IMG/VR virus record: IMGVR_UViG_3300033143_007105
Coordinates: 1-60,796 of that record
DNA from: a virus
Lineage: Duplodnaviria > Caudoviricetes
Reading direction: 5' to 3' (one strand)
DNA: 60,796 nt
Part shown: one piece after another, positions 46,488 through 56,798 of the stretch
Position numbering within the stretch: the stretch's first letter is position 1
Layout: every line of letters starts with the position of its first letter
Notes under the pieces: model-generated
The model's database searches: none
The model's input: the letters and a program-made list of their open reading frames with translations, nothing else
Told to the model about the DNA's origin: nothing
Program-made: the position numbers and the translations under genes

Positions 46488-47612
46488 TTGATGGAATTTT
46501 TAAAAAAGGAAGCAAATCTCAATGTCCCATACCGGGGGATAGTTGTAGTAAATGATGATCCTAGAGAAATTGGAAGAGTTAAATGTATTATTCAGGGACT
46601 TATGGAAGAAACAGATTATAACAAGCTTCCCTGGTTAGGAAGAAAATCTTCTGCTTTTCCCTTATTTTATGTTCCTGAGATTAATTCTGAATTAGAGATC
46701 CAATTTCCTTTTAATGGTGATACCTATTCAGGACAATATACAGGGTGTTGGGAATCAGATACTACACATCAAGGTATTTTTAATGAAGATTATCCTGAAT
46801 CCTATGGTTTTCGAGATTCACAAAATACTTATTTTAAAGTTAATAAAAAGAAAAAATACATGGAGTTGCATCATACTTCAGGTTCAAGTTTAAAATTTTT
46901 AAGTCAGGGAGAAATAGAATTAAGAGGAAAGAAATATATAAAATTTATATCCGAGGATGGAAAAACTGAAATTAATTTTGATATGAATACTGGAGCAATT
47001 AATTTAAATCCAAAAGAAGGGGTAACAACAGGAGGATCACAAACATTTATTAATTCTAAGAAATTAAAAATTGATGTTTCCAGTAAAGATGAAAGGATTA
47101 AGGGTTCCTCTGAATCAAACATAGGTGGGGGGAGAAAAGTAAAAATTGGAGGAGGGGATTCATTATCAGTTGTTGGTAATAGAGCTATTTCTACAGGGGG
47201 GGATAAATCTGAACTTATTGCAGGAGAAACAGAAATTACTTATGGTTCAGGGCAAAAAGAACAAGTTGTTCTAGGTGATCTTGTAAGAGAGATAATTAAA
47301 GGGAATTTTAAAGTTGATATTGTGGCAGGGAATATTATATTAAAAACTACTTTGGGTGATTTAAATATAGGAAACTCAATGGCAGGGATTGGTATTTCAA
47401 AAATAGGTAGTATTGATATGGAATCAATGATGAGTACAAATATCAAGGCTTCTATGAACGCTACTGTTCAAGCTTCTATTGTAGCTACTTTAAAGGGTGC
47501 ATTGACAAAGATAGGACCAGGAATGTTTCCGAATGTAACAATAGGATCAGATCCTATTGAAGATTTTGTGACGGGAAAAATCAAAGTTGGACAATGTTCT
47601 GTACTTTCATAA
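46488..47612 (+). CDS. baseplate central spike (gp5/VgrG OB-fold + beta-helix)
   Basis: YRGIVVVNDDPREIGRVKC, LPW, VPEINSE; Gly-rich beta repeats. Confidence 0.85.
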   Translation: MMEFLKKEANLNVPYRGIVVVNDDPREIGRVKCIIQGLMEETDYNKLPWLGRKSSAFPLFYVPEINSELEIQFPFNGDTYSGQYTGCWESDTTHQGIFNEDYPESYGFRDSQNTYFKVNKKKKYMELHHTSGSSLKFLSQGEIELRGKKYIKFISEDGKTEINFDMNTGAINLNPKEGVTTGGSQTFINSKKLKIDVSSKDERIKGSSESNIGGGRKVKIGGGDSLSVVGNRAISTGGDKSELIAGETEITYGSGQKEQVVLGDLVREIIKGNFKVDIVAGNIILKTTLGDLNIGNSMAGIGISKIGSIDMESMMSTNIKASMNATVQASIVATLKGALTKIGPGMFPNVTIGSDPIEDFVTGKIKVGQCSVLS

Positions 47613-47676
47613 TATTGACTTTTTTGGAAAGGTGTAGTAGATGCATACTTATAAAACAATTATTTTAGGAGTTTTT

Positions 47677-48765
47677 ATGAGTATTCTTATTTGTCAGATT
47701 TGTAGTAAAGAGTGTAAAAATTTAATGAGACATATTCAACAACATGGAATTTCCAAGAAAGATTATTATGATAAATATTTGAAAAAACCAAAAGAGGGTA
47801 TTTGTAAAAGGTGTGGAAAAGAGACAAAATGGAATGATAGAAAAACTATATATACAATTTATTGTTCTAAAGCTTGTGGCATTGCTTCCAGAAATGAAAT
47901 TTATTGGCAAAATCCAGAAAATAAACAAAAACAAAAAGAATTTTTTAAAACAAAAGAATACATAAATAAACACAAAGAGGGGTTGAAAAACTATCATTCC
48001 AATCCTGAGAATAAAAAAGCTTTTTCTCAAAGTTTAAAAAATAGTTGGAAAGATGAAGGAAGAAAAGAAGAAATTAAGGAGAGAATGATAAAACGTCATA
48101 AGGATAATCCTGAAATTGGAAAAAAACTTTCTATTGATACAAGTAAGAGGAACAGAGAAAATTGGAAAAAACCTGAGTACCGAGAAAGAATGACAAAAAT
48201 TTTTAATGAAACTCAAGCTAAGTTAAAATCTGATCCTGGATATGTGAAAAATCAAAAAGAACGAGCAAGTAGACATATGAAAAATTTTTGGGAGAATGAG
48301 AATTTTAAAGAAGAAAGGGAGAAAAGACTTAAAAATTATTATAAAGGGATAAAAAATTATTGGGATAAGGATGATAGTATTGAAAAAGCATCATTAAAAG
48401 CAGTTTCACAGAATAAAGATCCAAAAAATAAATTTGGTAATAGAATGTTGAGAAAAGATTATATTTATAAAAATATTCAAATGAAATCTATATATGAAAT
48501 TGTCTTTGCAAAATTGTGTAACAAAAATAAGATAGAATGGCTATATGAACCTAGAACTTTTCAGATAAATTTATCTTATAGGAAAAGATATACTCCTGAT
48601 TTTTATTTAACTGAATTAGATTTATGGATTGAGATTAAATTAAAAACTTATAAAACTAAAAAAATACTGGAATTAAAACATAAATTTAAAGAAATTACTA
48701 ACAATGATTTAATAGTTATTCCAAGTAATAGGATAACTAATTTTTTTGAACATTTAATAGGTTAA
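47677..48765 (+). CDS. free-standing putative homing endonuclease (Zn finger + helical repeats + PD-(D/E)XK)
   Basis: CQIC...HIQQH...YYDKY, CKRC, YCSKAC, W-spaced basic repeats, MKSIYE, YEPRTF..YTPDFYL...IEIK; AGGAG before ATG 47677. Confidence 0.72.
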   Translation: MSILICQICSKECKNLMRHIQQHGISKKDYYDKYLKKPKEGICKRCGKETKWNDRKTIYTIYCSKACGIASRNEIYWQNPENKQKQKEFFKTKEYINKHKEGLKNYHSNPENKKAFSQSLKNSWKDEGRKEEIKERMIKRHKDNPEIGKKLSIDTSKRNRENWKKPEYRERMTKIFNETQAKLKSDPGYVKNQKERASRHMKNFWENENFKEEREKRLKNYYKGIKNYWDKDDSIEKASLKAVSQNKDPKNKFGNRMLRKDYIYKNIQMKSIYEIVFAKLCNKNKIEWLYEPRTFQINLSYRKRYTPDFYLTELDLWIEIKLKTYKTKKILELKHKFKEITNNDLIVIPSNRITNFFEHLIG

Positions 48766-48768
48766 TCA

Positions 48769-48942
48769 ATGGATAATAATTGGACAAAACCAAAATTTCA
48801 AAAGCTTGAAAGGATTAGTAAAACTTTTCAGGAGATTGTTGATTTAGAATTTGAAAAAGATAAAAGAAAATTGGATAAAATAAAACTTATTTTAGAATTA
48901 AAAAAGAAGAAGAAAGATGAGCTGGAAAAAACAAACCCTTAG
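48769..48942 (+). CDS. small hypothetical protein (57 aa, not in ORF track)
   Basis: MDNNWTKPKFQK...; fills the gap before 48917. Confidence 0.35.
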   Translation: MDNNWTKPKFQKLERISKTFQEIVDLEFEKDKRKLDKIKLILELKKKKKDELEKTNP

Positions 48943-49861
48943 ATTTCCAATACCAAAAGAAGTAACATCCATAGTGGATACTGTTGGAATAATCCCTACA
49001 ACGTTATCTCCTATCCTCTCTGTAGTATCTTCCCTTCTCACAGTTGCTAAATTTATTTATGGTGGATCTTTTGATCTTTTTAAGAAATTGGTTGGTGGTC
49101 TTATTGGAGAGTTAGAAGATTTGATTAATGATCTTTTTGGTACTGGGATGTTTATGTTGGTTGTTCAACCTTTTGATGCAGAGGGTAAACTTACATATGA
49201 TAGTGAGGGGATACCAATAATAACTCCAGCGCAAGCTATAAAAACAGCGCAAGATTCATTTGATGATTTAGGGGATGAAAATAGACCAATTTTTTCTGAT
49301 GATGCTGTAGTTGTTGGATTTGGTTTTTTAATTACAGCTCCAGACCTTCCAACATTTAAATATACTCTTGATTCAGTATTAAATATTTTTGATATTCCAC
49401 AACTTAGATTTACTCTTAAAAAATTTGAAGAAACAGAACCTACACCAAAACCACCATCAGTAAAACCAGATTGGGATGGTTTAAAATTTAATTCAATTGA
49501 TGGTCTAAAAGAAGTTCAAGAGAAACTTTTAGGTGTAGTTGGATTGCTTAATGGGATGATGGTAACTCCAGATGATAATGTAAATGATCTTATTGATTCT
49601 ATTGGTGAAAAAGTAACAAATTTACAAAATACAGTTGATGAATTTCAGGCTTTACTTGACCAACTAAAAGGTAGTATAAATATTGATGGATTATATATGT
49701 GGAGTGCTGATAAATTAAGTGGTGGTACTAATTACTTAAAAGAACAATTAAGTAGTTCTAAAATGAATGAAATTAAAGATACTTATTCTGCAATGGTACT
49801 TTTTGTTGGAGGAGGGCCAAGTTTGATTCCAGTTAATGCCATGAAAGAATTAATAATGTGA
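48917..49861 (+). CDS. hypothetical baseplate-region protein
   Basis: 314-aa ORF within the tail operon. Confidence 0.6.
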   Translation: MSWKKQTLRFPIPKEVTSIVDTVGIIPTTLSPILSVVSSLLTVAKFIYGGSFDLFKKLVGGLIGELEDLINDLFGTGMFMLVVQPFDAEGKLTYDSEGIPIITPAQAIKTAQDSFDDLGDENRPIFSDDAVVVGFGFLITAPDLPTFKYTLDSVLNIFDIPQLRFTLKKFEETEPTPKPPSVKPDWDGLKFNSIDGLKEVQEKLLGVVGLLNGMMVTPDDNVNDLIDSIGEKVTNLQNTVDEFQALLDQLKGSINIDGLYMWSADKLSGGTNYLKEQLSSSKMNEIKDTYSAMVLFVGGGPSLIPVNAMKELIM

Positions 49862-49870
49862 GGAGGTAAT

Positions 49871-50224
49871 ATGAGTGTTACTTGGGTTTGTGATATTTGT
49901 GGTAAACAAACTTTTATCAATCCTCCAGTAGAATTTCTTACTGAAGAAAAAGAATTCAAAACAAAGGATGAAAAAGGGAAAACAAAAAAGATTAAACAAA
50001 CTGTTCCAAAAATGGCAACAATGAAAAGACAAAATTCTCAAACTGGAAAAATTGAAGATGTTCCAATTCAAGATATGAAAGATCTTAAACCAAGAACATA
50101 TATTGTAAGGCTTGAAATTGGAAGAGAATTAATACAAAAGGATTTTTGTAAAGAATGTTTAGGCAAAGTTCTTCCAGAGATAAAACAACTATGGAATAAA
50201 TTAGAAAGTATAAAGAGTAAATAA
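49871..50224 (+). CDS. zinc-ribbon hypothetical protein
   Basis: CDICG ... DFCKEC; GAGGAGG RBS. Confidence 0.6.
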   Translation: MSVTWVCDICGKQTFINPPVEFLTEEKEFKTKDEKGKTKKIKQTVPKMATMKRQNSQTGKIEDVPIQDMKDLKPRTYIVRLEIGRELIQKDFCKECLGKVLPEIKQLWNKLESIKSK

Positions 50225-50824
50225 ATGAGCTTATCAGGGTCAAGGCAAGGTTTAGAGCTTAAAAGTAATCTTGAAGGAAAAGGTATGGTAGGTAGTGATC
50301 TTGGAAAATTCTGTAATGCGATAGGAAATGGCAGTGAGAAGAGCGTTGTTGGTAAAACCTTTACTACTATGGATGTTGGATTATTACCAGGTGCAGGGGT
50401 GGGAGTAGGTTCAGGTCTTACAGGCATTGTTTCTGCAATTATTTCCTCAGCTATTATTTCTGCTGGAATTAGTATGGGTTTGGTGGGATCTGATTTTCCA
50501 AAAATAGCTGATGCTGCTGCAATAACATTAGAACAAGAAATGTTACAAGCAACTTTAAGTTCAACACATACTCCTATTTTTGAAGGAATAGGGAATATTG
50601 TTCCTGGTTCTATACCTGTTCAATTGGAAGAATGGGCAAATAATATAAATACTGAAGGTATTAAATCTGGTTTTGTAGGTCAAGATTGGAATAAAGTAGC
50701 TAAAGCAATTGCTACAGGATTTATTAATGGATTTTTAACAGCAACAGGACAAGTAACAATAACAGGGACTTGTTCTTTTATACCTTTTAGTGGAACAGGT
50801 GTTGGTTCAGGTGTAATAAGTTGA
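50225..50824 (+). CDS. Gly/Ala-rich baseplate-region structural protein
   Basis: Internal repeats of G(M/L/F)VG(S/Q)D..K...A. Confidence 0.55.
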   Translation: MSLSGSRQGLELKSNLEGKGMVGSDLGKFCNAIGNGSEKSVVGKTFTTMDVGLLPGAGVGVGSGLTGIVSAIISSAIISAGISMGLVGSDFPKIADAAAITLEQEMLQATLSSTHTPIFEGIGNIVPGSIPVQLEEWANNINTEGIKSGFVGQDWNKVAKAIATGFINGFLTATGQVTITGTCSFIPFSGTGVGSGVIS

Positions 50825-50843
50825 TTAAAAGGATAGAAAAGTA

Positions 50844-51212
50844 ATGACTGTACTTATTTCAGATATTAATCAATATTCTCCTACAATTAAACCTATGTTG
50901 AAAAATATTGAAGTAATTTTTCAATCATTGCACAATATTCTTGTAACAAAAAAAGGGGAATGTTCTTTTAATTTAGATTATGGTATTGATTTTGAAGATT
51001 CATTGTTTGAATTAATAGATGAAATAAATGCTGTTGAAATTTTTAGAGTAGTAACTGAGGAAATTGAAATTCAGGAACCAAGAATTGAAATTGACGCATC
51101 TGAGACTGATATATTTCCTGATCCGGATAACAACAAATACGAATTAAAATTAGTTTTTAGACTCAAGGGAGAAGAAGAAAAGCAATTATTTGAAGGGAGT
51201 ATTACAAAGTGA
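50844..51212 (+). CDS. baseplate wedge/sheath initiator (gp25-like)
   Basis: NILVTKKGECSFNLDYG, LFELID, QEPRI. Confidence 0.85.
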   Translation: MTVLISDINQYSPTIKPMLKNIEVIFQSLHNILVTKKGECSFNLDYGIDFEDSLFELIDEINAVEIFRVVTEEIEIQEPRIEIDASETDIFPDPDNNKYELKLVFRLKGEEEKQLFEGSITK

Positions 51213-54200
51213 GTTTTATAATTGACACAAACTTAGTTTCTTTTGAAGCAATAAGAGATAAGCTTAATACATTTATTGATTCTAGTCCGGATGAAGCAAA
51301 ATGGAAGGGTTTTTTCAATTCTCCAGTAGGTATGAAGGTTGTTGAATTAATCGCTGCTCTAGGAACATATGGAGCCTTTCAGAACATAACTGCAAGAAGG
51401 GAGACATATCATCAGTATTCACTAAAAAGAAGTTCAAAAATAGCTAATTCTCAAAATTTAGGATATTCAGTTTTTCGTGGTCTAAATGAAAGATTAAAAT
51501 TTACAATTGTTCCGGATTTCACAGGTATTTTTGAAAAGTATCAGATTGTTGGTTCAGTAAAAGATCAAGATCTTATAATATTAGAAGAAACTCCTGTAAA
51601 TGTTGGTATTGAAACAGATATTGAAATCACTTTTGGTAAGCTGAAAGAAGAAGAAATAACAATAAGTAGTGAAGATCCAGGGAGATTCAGGTTTAGTATA
51701 GACAATATCTCAGAAGATATTAGAATTTTCTTAAACAATATTGAAGTTGAAAAATCTAATATTATATTAGATCTTATAAATGATAAATTTACAATATTAA
51801 CAAATGTTTATGGTTCAATTGATGTTTTTTCTTTAAATCGTGAAACAGCAAATATCAAATATATGACAAATGATAAAATTAAGGCTGTTGCAATTGAACT
51901 TAATAATCTTGATTATGAAACAAAACATCTTATTTTTGATTATGGAACTATAAATAATATTGAAAAATTAACTGATTATCAAATACCTGAAACAAAAGAA
52001 CAAATAACAATAAATGCCCCACTTTATCATGAAACACAATCTTTAATTAAGGCCAGGGAAGATTATGCAAAAGTTTTCAAACTTCTTGATACTTCCATTG
52101 TTGATACTAATTGGAGAAGCATAACTGCTGCTGTTTTAGAGTTAGTCTATGTTAGGTTAAAGAGACAAGTATTTACAAGTACAGAAATTGATAATTTAAA
52201 AACTTTACTTAGTAACCAAAGAACAATGGGTTTAAAACCTCCAACAATTACATATCCAATTAGAAATTTATTAAAATTAAAAATTATTTTAAAACTTTTA
52301 ACTAATGGCAATTCTATATTGGATATTGAAAATATAATTGTGGATTATGAAAAGGTTTTAGAACAGGAACTTGATTTTAGTACTCTTGAAAATTTAATTG
52401 AAGCTTTAAGCTACGTAAAAACAGCAAGATTGGAAATTAAAGGAGATGTTTGGGAAAGTGAAGGGGTTTATGAAAAAGGTCAATTCTTAGTACCGACAGA
52501 AGGTAATGAAACAGATTTTATATATCAAATAACAAAGTTTTTAAGAAAATCAGGAGAATTAGAACCTGATTGGGATTTAGATAGTAATCCAGGAAATAAC
52601 AATAGTACAACTTCAGTGAATGTTTCAGTTTCAACAATAATAGTGGGTAGTGGGATTCATAATGAAGTTCAAAAAATATCTTTTGATTTATTGCCGGGTG
52701 TTGGAAATTGGAAATTAAAATTTGATACTGAAACAACTTCATCTTTATCCTATAATGCTCCATCAAGTGAAATTAAAACAGCTCTTGAGTTATTAAGTAA
52801 CATTAGTGTTAATGATGTTTTGGTTACTGGTAATTATATTGATGGGTTTTCAATTGCTTTTCAGGGAAATTTAGGCAATTTAGATGTTTCTGAACTTGAA
52901 ATAATTGACAACACTCTTTTACATTATAACACTCCTGCTATTGGTGATTTGTTTACTGATTCTTTTCTGCAATGGGAGTGTATTCAACTTCCAGACAATT
53001 ACACAATGGATGAAATCAATGAATGGGAACCAGAAAAACATTATGATATTGATGGATTAATTAAACCTGGACCATTATTTATTGGAATAAACTCTAATAA
53101 AATTTTTAAGGTAAAAAAGTATTACAACTTTTCTTATGCAGTATCAGAAATTCAAAAAATAATATTTGATTCCTTACCAGCATTAGGAAAGTGGAGAATT
53201 GATTTTGATACTAAAATTACAGAGGAACTTGATTTCAATGCTCCAGCAAGTGAAATTAAATTAAAATTAGAAGTTCTTGAAAATATTGGTATTGGAAATA
53301 TTGATGTAAGTGGTGATTATATTAATGGTTTTATTGTTAAATTTATTAATGAATTAAAGAATAGAACAATTTCACCATTAGATTTTCTTTTTTCAGGAAT
53401 TAATGAAGTACAAAAAATATCTTTTGACTTTGAACCTGAAGTAGGGGGATGGAAAATTAATTATGATGGTCAAATAACTACAATTCTTTCATATAATACA
53501 ATAGTTTCTGAAATTCAAACTGCATTGGAAGATTTAAATAATATTGGAGTTGGGAATGTTTTGGTTACTGGTAATTATTTGGATGGAATAGCAATAACTT
53601 TTCAAAACAATCTTGGTAAACGTGAAATTGTACCATTATTGGTTGTTGATAGTACATTAATTAATACTAATGCAGAAGTATCTGGAGAAGTAAGTACAAC
53701 AATAGAAGGAAAAATTGATATTTTAGATCAAAATGAAATTCAAAAAATTGAATTTAGTTTGGTCCCAAATAAAGGTTATTGGAGTATTTTATTTGATGGG
53801 AAAGTTACTGATCTTTTATTATTTGATGCTTCTATTGATGAAATTAAAACAGCACTTGAAGATTTACCAAATATTAACACTAATGATATTTCAATTATAG
53901 GAAATTATACAGATGGGTTCTCAGTTGAGTTTAAAGGTACATTAGAGAACAAACCTGTGATTGAATTAAGTGCATCATATAATTCATTAGAATATGATAA
54001 AATAATTGGTCAAATAATTGAACCTAATATTTCTACAATACAAAAAGGCAGTAATGGAGCTAAAAATGAAATCCAACATTTAGGATTTACTTTAGTTCCT
54101 GACAATGGTAATTGGAAATTAAAATTTGAGGGAGAAACAACAAATACTTTTGCTTATAATCTACCAGCAAGTAATATAAAAACAGAATTAGAAAATTTAT

Positions 54201-55780
54201 CCTCCATTGGTGTTGGCAATGTTAATGTTGCTGGAAATTATACAAATGGTTTTATTGTCGAATTTAAGGGTATTTTAAGCAATTTTGATGTATCTCAACT
54301 TGTAGTTATTGATAATTTCTTATATCAGGGTGTTACAAAAGTTGAAATAATGACAGGTAATGAAGTTCAGAAAGCAAATTTTAATATTTCTCCTGTCAGT
54401 GGTGATTGGAAATTAAGATTTAAAGGAGAAACAACAACAGCAATTCCATATAATGCTTCTTCAAATAATATTAAAACAGCTCTTGAGTTATTGAATACAA
54501 TTGGCAATGGAAATATCTTTGTTACAGGTAATTATGATGTAGAAAAAGAATTTTATTTTATTTTTCAAGGTGATTTAGAAAATATTCAAGTACCTGAATT
54601 GGAAGTAATAGATAATAATTTATCACCTACAACAAGTATAACAATATCTACAATAACACAATATGGTAGTGATGATACATATAATGAAATTCAAAAAATT
54701 GATTTTTTGGAAGTACCAACTGAGGGTTTATGGAGTATCATTTTTGATGATGAAGTTACAACTCCAATTTATTACAATGCTACAACTGTGATAATTCAAG
54801 AAGTTTTAGAAAATTTATCAAATATTGGTGTTAATGATGTTTTGGTTACTGGTAGTTATACAAATGGATTTTCTATTGAATTTAAAAATGCTCTTGGCAA
54901 TAAGGATCTTCCACAAATAACAATAACAAAGAATAGTTTGAAATATAAAGGTGGTACATCACAATTGGTTAATTTATCAGTTTCAACAACACAAGAAGGA
55001 CAAGCTGCTGCTCTTGGTAATAATGAAATTCAAAAAATAACATTTCAAACTGTTCCGGATAGTGGAACTTTTAAAATTAAATTTGATACAGAAACAACAA
55101 ATGCTATTCCCTATGATACTTTGGTAGGTAATATAAAAACAGAATTGGAATTTTTTTCAAGTATTGGTGTTGGAAATATTAATGTGAGTGGTGATTTCTC
55201 CACTGGTTTTTCCTTGGAATTTATTGGAAGTCTTGCAAAACAAGATATTCAAAATGAATTTGAAATTGTTGATAATTTATTATTTAGAACTAATGCTCCG
55301 GTAAGTGTGGAGATAATAGAAGAACTTAAAGGAACTTCTTCAGCAAATACTTTAAGGGATGCTGGAGGTGATATTGTTAACATCACTTCTGAAACATTGA
55401 TTGATGCTGAAAATCCTGAACCTGTTTGGCCTACAGTGGAAAATGAATTGATTAAAGATAACCAAATTTTATGGTTGTCTGTTCCTATTAATGGAACACC
55501 TCCATATTGGAAATCCAATCAAAATTATGAAATAGGTGAATATGTTGTACCAAGTGATCCTGAAGTTGCTGAAGGTTTAATGTTTCAGTGTGTTGGTTTC
55601 ACCTCAAAAGCAGCAAAAAATGAACCTGGAATTAATGGAGAAGATGAATGGACTGAAGTTTTAGATAAAAGTTTAAATAATGGTGATTTGGAATTGACTG
55701 CAAGAGATCCACAATCAAATCCAACTAAATTGGATTTTAATGAATATTATGAAATAGAACAAGATATTGAAGTGATTTAA
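51209..55780 (+). CDS. baseplate wedge subunit (gp6/J-like) with large repeat extension
   Basis: SFEAIRDKL, LIAALG, ARRETY...S....QNLGYS, LIKAREDY; follows gp25. Confidence 0.78.
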   Translation: MSFIIDTNLVSFEAIRDKLNTFIDSSPDEAKWKGFFNSPVGMKVVELIAALGTYGAFQNITARRETYHQYSLKRSSKIANSQNLGYSVFRGLNERLKFTIVPDFTGIFEKYQIVGSVKDQDLIILEETPVNVGIETDIEITFGKLKEEEITISSEDPGRFRFSIDNISEDIRIFLNNIEVEKSNIILDLINDKFTILTNVYGSIDVFSLNRETANIKYMTNDKIKAVAIELNNLDYETKHLIFDYGTINNIEKLTDYQIPETKEQITINAPLYHETQSLIKAREDYAKVFKLLDTSIVDTNWRSITAAVLELVYVRLKRQVFTSTEIDNLKTLLSNQRTMGLKPPTITYPIRNLLKLKIILKLLTNGNSILDIENIIVDYEKVLEQELDFSTLENLIEALSYVKTARLEIKGDVWESEGVYEKGQFLVPTEGNETDFIYQITKFLRKSGELEPDWDLDSNPGNNNSTTSVNVSVSTIIVGSGIHNEVQKISFDLLPGVGNWKLKFDTETTSSLSYNAPSSEIKTALELLSNISVNDVLVTGNYIDGFSIAFQGNLGNLDVSELEIIDNTLLHYNTPAIGDLFTDSFLQWECIQLPDNYTMDEINEWEPEKHYDIDGLIKPGPLFIGINSNKIFKVKKYYNFSYAVSEIQKIIFDSLPALGKWRIDFDTKITEELDFNAPASEIKLKLEVLENIGIGNIDVSGDYINGFIVKFINELKNRTISPLDFLFSGINEVQKISFDFEPEVGGWKINYDGQITTILSYNTIVSEIQTALEDLNNIGVGNVLVTGNYLDGIAITFQNNLGKREIVPLLVVDSTLINTNAEVSGEVSTTIEGKIDILDQNEIQKIEFSLVPNKGYWSILFDGKVTDLLLFDASIDEIKTALEDLPNINTNDISIIGNYTDGFSVEFKGTLENKPVIELSASYNSLEYDKIIGQIIEPNISTIQKGSNGAKNEIQHLGFTLVPDNGNWKLKFEGETTNTFAYNLPASNIKTELENLSSIGVGNVNVAGNYTNGFIVEFKGILSNFDVSQLVVIDNFLYQGVTKVEIMTGNEVQKANFNISPVSGDWKLRFKGETTTAIPYNASSNNIKTALELLNTIGNGNIFVTGNYDVEKEFYFIFQGDLENIQVPELEVIDNNLSPTTSITISTITQYGSDDTYNEIQKIDFLEVPTEGLWSIIFDDEVTTPIYYNATTVIIQEVLENLSNIGVNDVLVTGSYTNGFSIEFKNALGNKDLPQITITKNSLKYKGGTSQLVNLSVSTTQEGQAAALGNNEIQKITFQTVPDSGTFKIKFDTETTNAIPYDTLVGNIKTELEFFSSIGVGNINVSGDFSTGFSLEFIGSLAKQDIQNEFEIVDNLLFRTNAPVSVEIIEELKGTSSANTLRDAGGDIVNITSETLIDAENPEPVWPTVENELIKDNQILWLSVPINGTPPYWKSNQNYEIGEYVVPSDPEVAEGLMFQCVGFTSKAAKNEPGINGEDEWTEVLDKSLNNGDLELTARDPQSNPTKLDFNEYYEIEQDIEVI
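52661..55278 (+). repeat. eight ~85-aa NEVQ-type protein repeats
   Basis: (N/S)E(V/I)QKI.F...P..G.W...F....T..L.YNA....IKTALE.L.NIG..NV.VTG.Y..GF.I.F...L repeated 8 times. Confidence 0.88.
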
Positions 55781-56367
55781 TGAGTAATGATATTTTTAAA
55801 AATATAGATTTATTTATTCCTGAAGATTTAAGGGAACTTGAGTTTTATCCAAAACTTGTTTCAATGCTTGAATTTATTATGGATGGTGTGGTTAATGATT
55901 TAAAGGATGTAAAATATAAATATGCTGATCCTAGTCAGCTCAGTGAAGATGCAATAACAGAAACAATCAATGAATATGGGTTTAGTTATATTTCAGAATT
56001 AATGGGAACTCTTACTGATATTGAAATTGATACTCTTGTTTATTTTCTTGGTTTGATTCATTATTTGAAGGGACATAGAACAGGATTAGAGCTTGTACTT
56101 AAAATTCTTGGTTTGGAAACTTCAATTACAGAATGGTGGGAGACTGATCCCAAGGGTGAACCTATGAGTTTTTGTATGGTTGTTTTCATGGATGAAAATG
56201 TAAAAAATATATATTTAACACTTGATAAAATTAAAAAATTTGTTAGACATTATGTTTATCCTAGATTTGAAAAAGTAGAAATTACATTCACTTTTCCTTT
56301 AGCTGAAAAAAATATAATTGTTGCAGGTTTTGTTGATAAAATTTACTATGGAACAATAACGGGGTAA
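55780..56367 (+). CDS. baseplate wedge protein (gp7/P2 gpI-like)
   Basis: LKGHRTGLELVLKILG...ITEWWE. Confidence 0.7.
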   Translation: MSNDIFKNIDLFIPEDLRELEFYPKLVSMLEFIMDGVVNDLKDVKYKYADPSQLSEDAITETINEYGFSYISELMGTLTDIEIDTLVYFLGLIHYLKGHRTGLELVLKILGLETSITEWWETDPKGEPMSFCMVVFMDENVKNIYLTLDKIKKFVRHYVYPRFEKVEITFTFPLAEKNIIVAGFVDKIYYGTITG

Positions 56368-56372
56368 TTAAG

Positions 56373-56798
56373 ATGATTGGTATTTTTACAAATATCTGTA
56401 AAATTTGTAAACAAAAAACTATAGATTCCTGCGGTAGAAATATTATTGGTTCCCATGTAAAAGAAAAACATAATCTTTCAAGACAACAATATTATGATCT
56501 TTATTTCAAAAAAAGAAAAGATGGATTATGTAAAATCTGTGAAGAAAAAAAGATAAAATGGAAATATGAACCAAAACGATTTTCCTTACAAAATTGCCGG
56601 AAATTAAATTATTTACCTGATTTTTATTTGCCTAAGCATAAACTCTATATAGAAATTAAACCAAAAAAATTCATAACAAAAGAATTATTTGATATTAAAA
56701 AATGTTTTAAACAACAACATAAAAAAACATTAGAAATATTATCTCTTGAAAATTTTCAAGATTTTTTTAATAATTTATTAAAAAGGAATTTAAAATGA
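56373..56798 (+). CDS. Zn-finger + PD-(D/E)XK endonuclease, short (probably degenerate) copy
   Basis: CKIC...HVKEKH...YYDLY; WKYEPKRF..YLPDFYLP...YIEIKP. Confidence 0.65.
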   Translation: MIGIFTNICKICKQKTIDSCGRNIIGSHVKEKHNLSRQQYYDLYFKKRKDGLCKICEEKKIKWKYEPKRFSLQNCRKLNYLPDFYLPKHKLYIEIKPKKFITKELFDIKKCFKQQHKKTLEILSLENFQDFFNNLLKRNLK

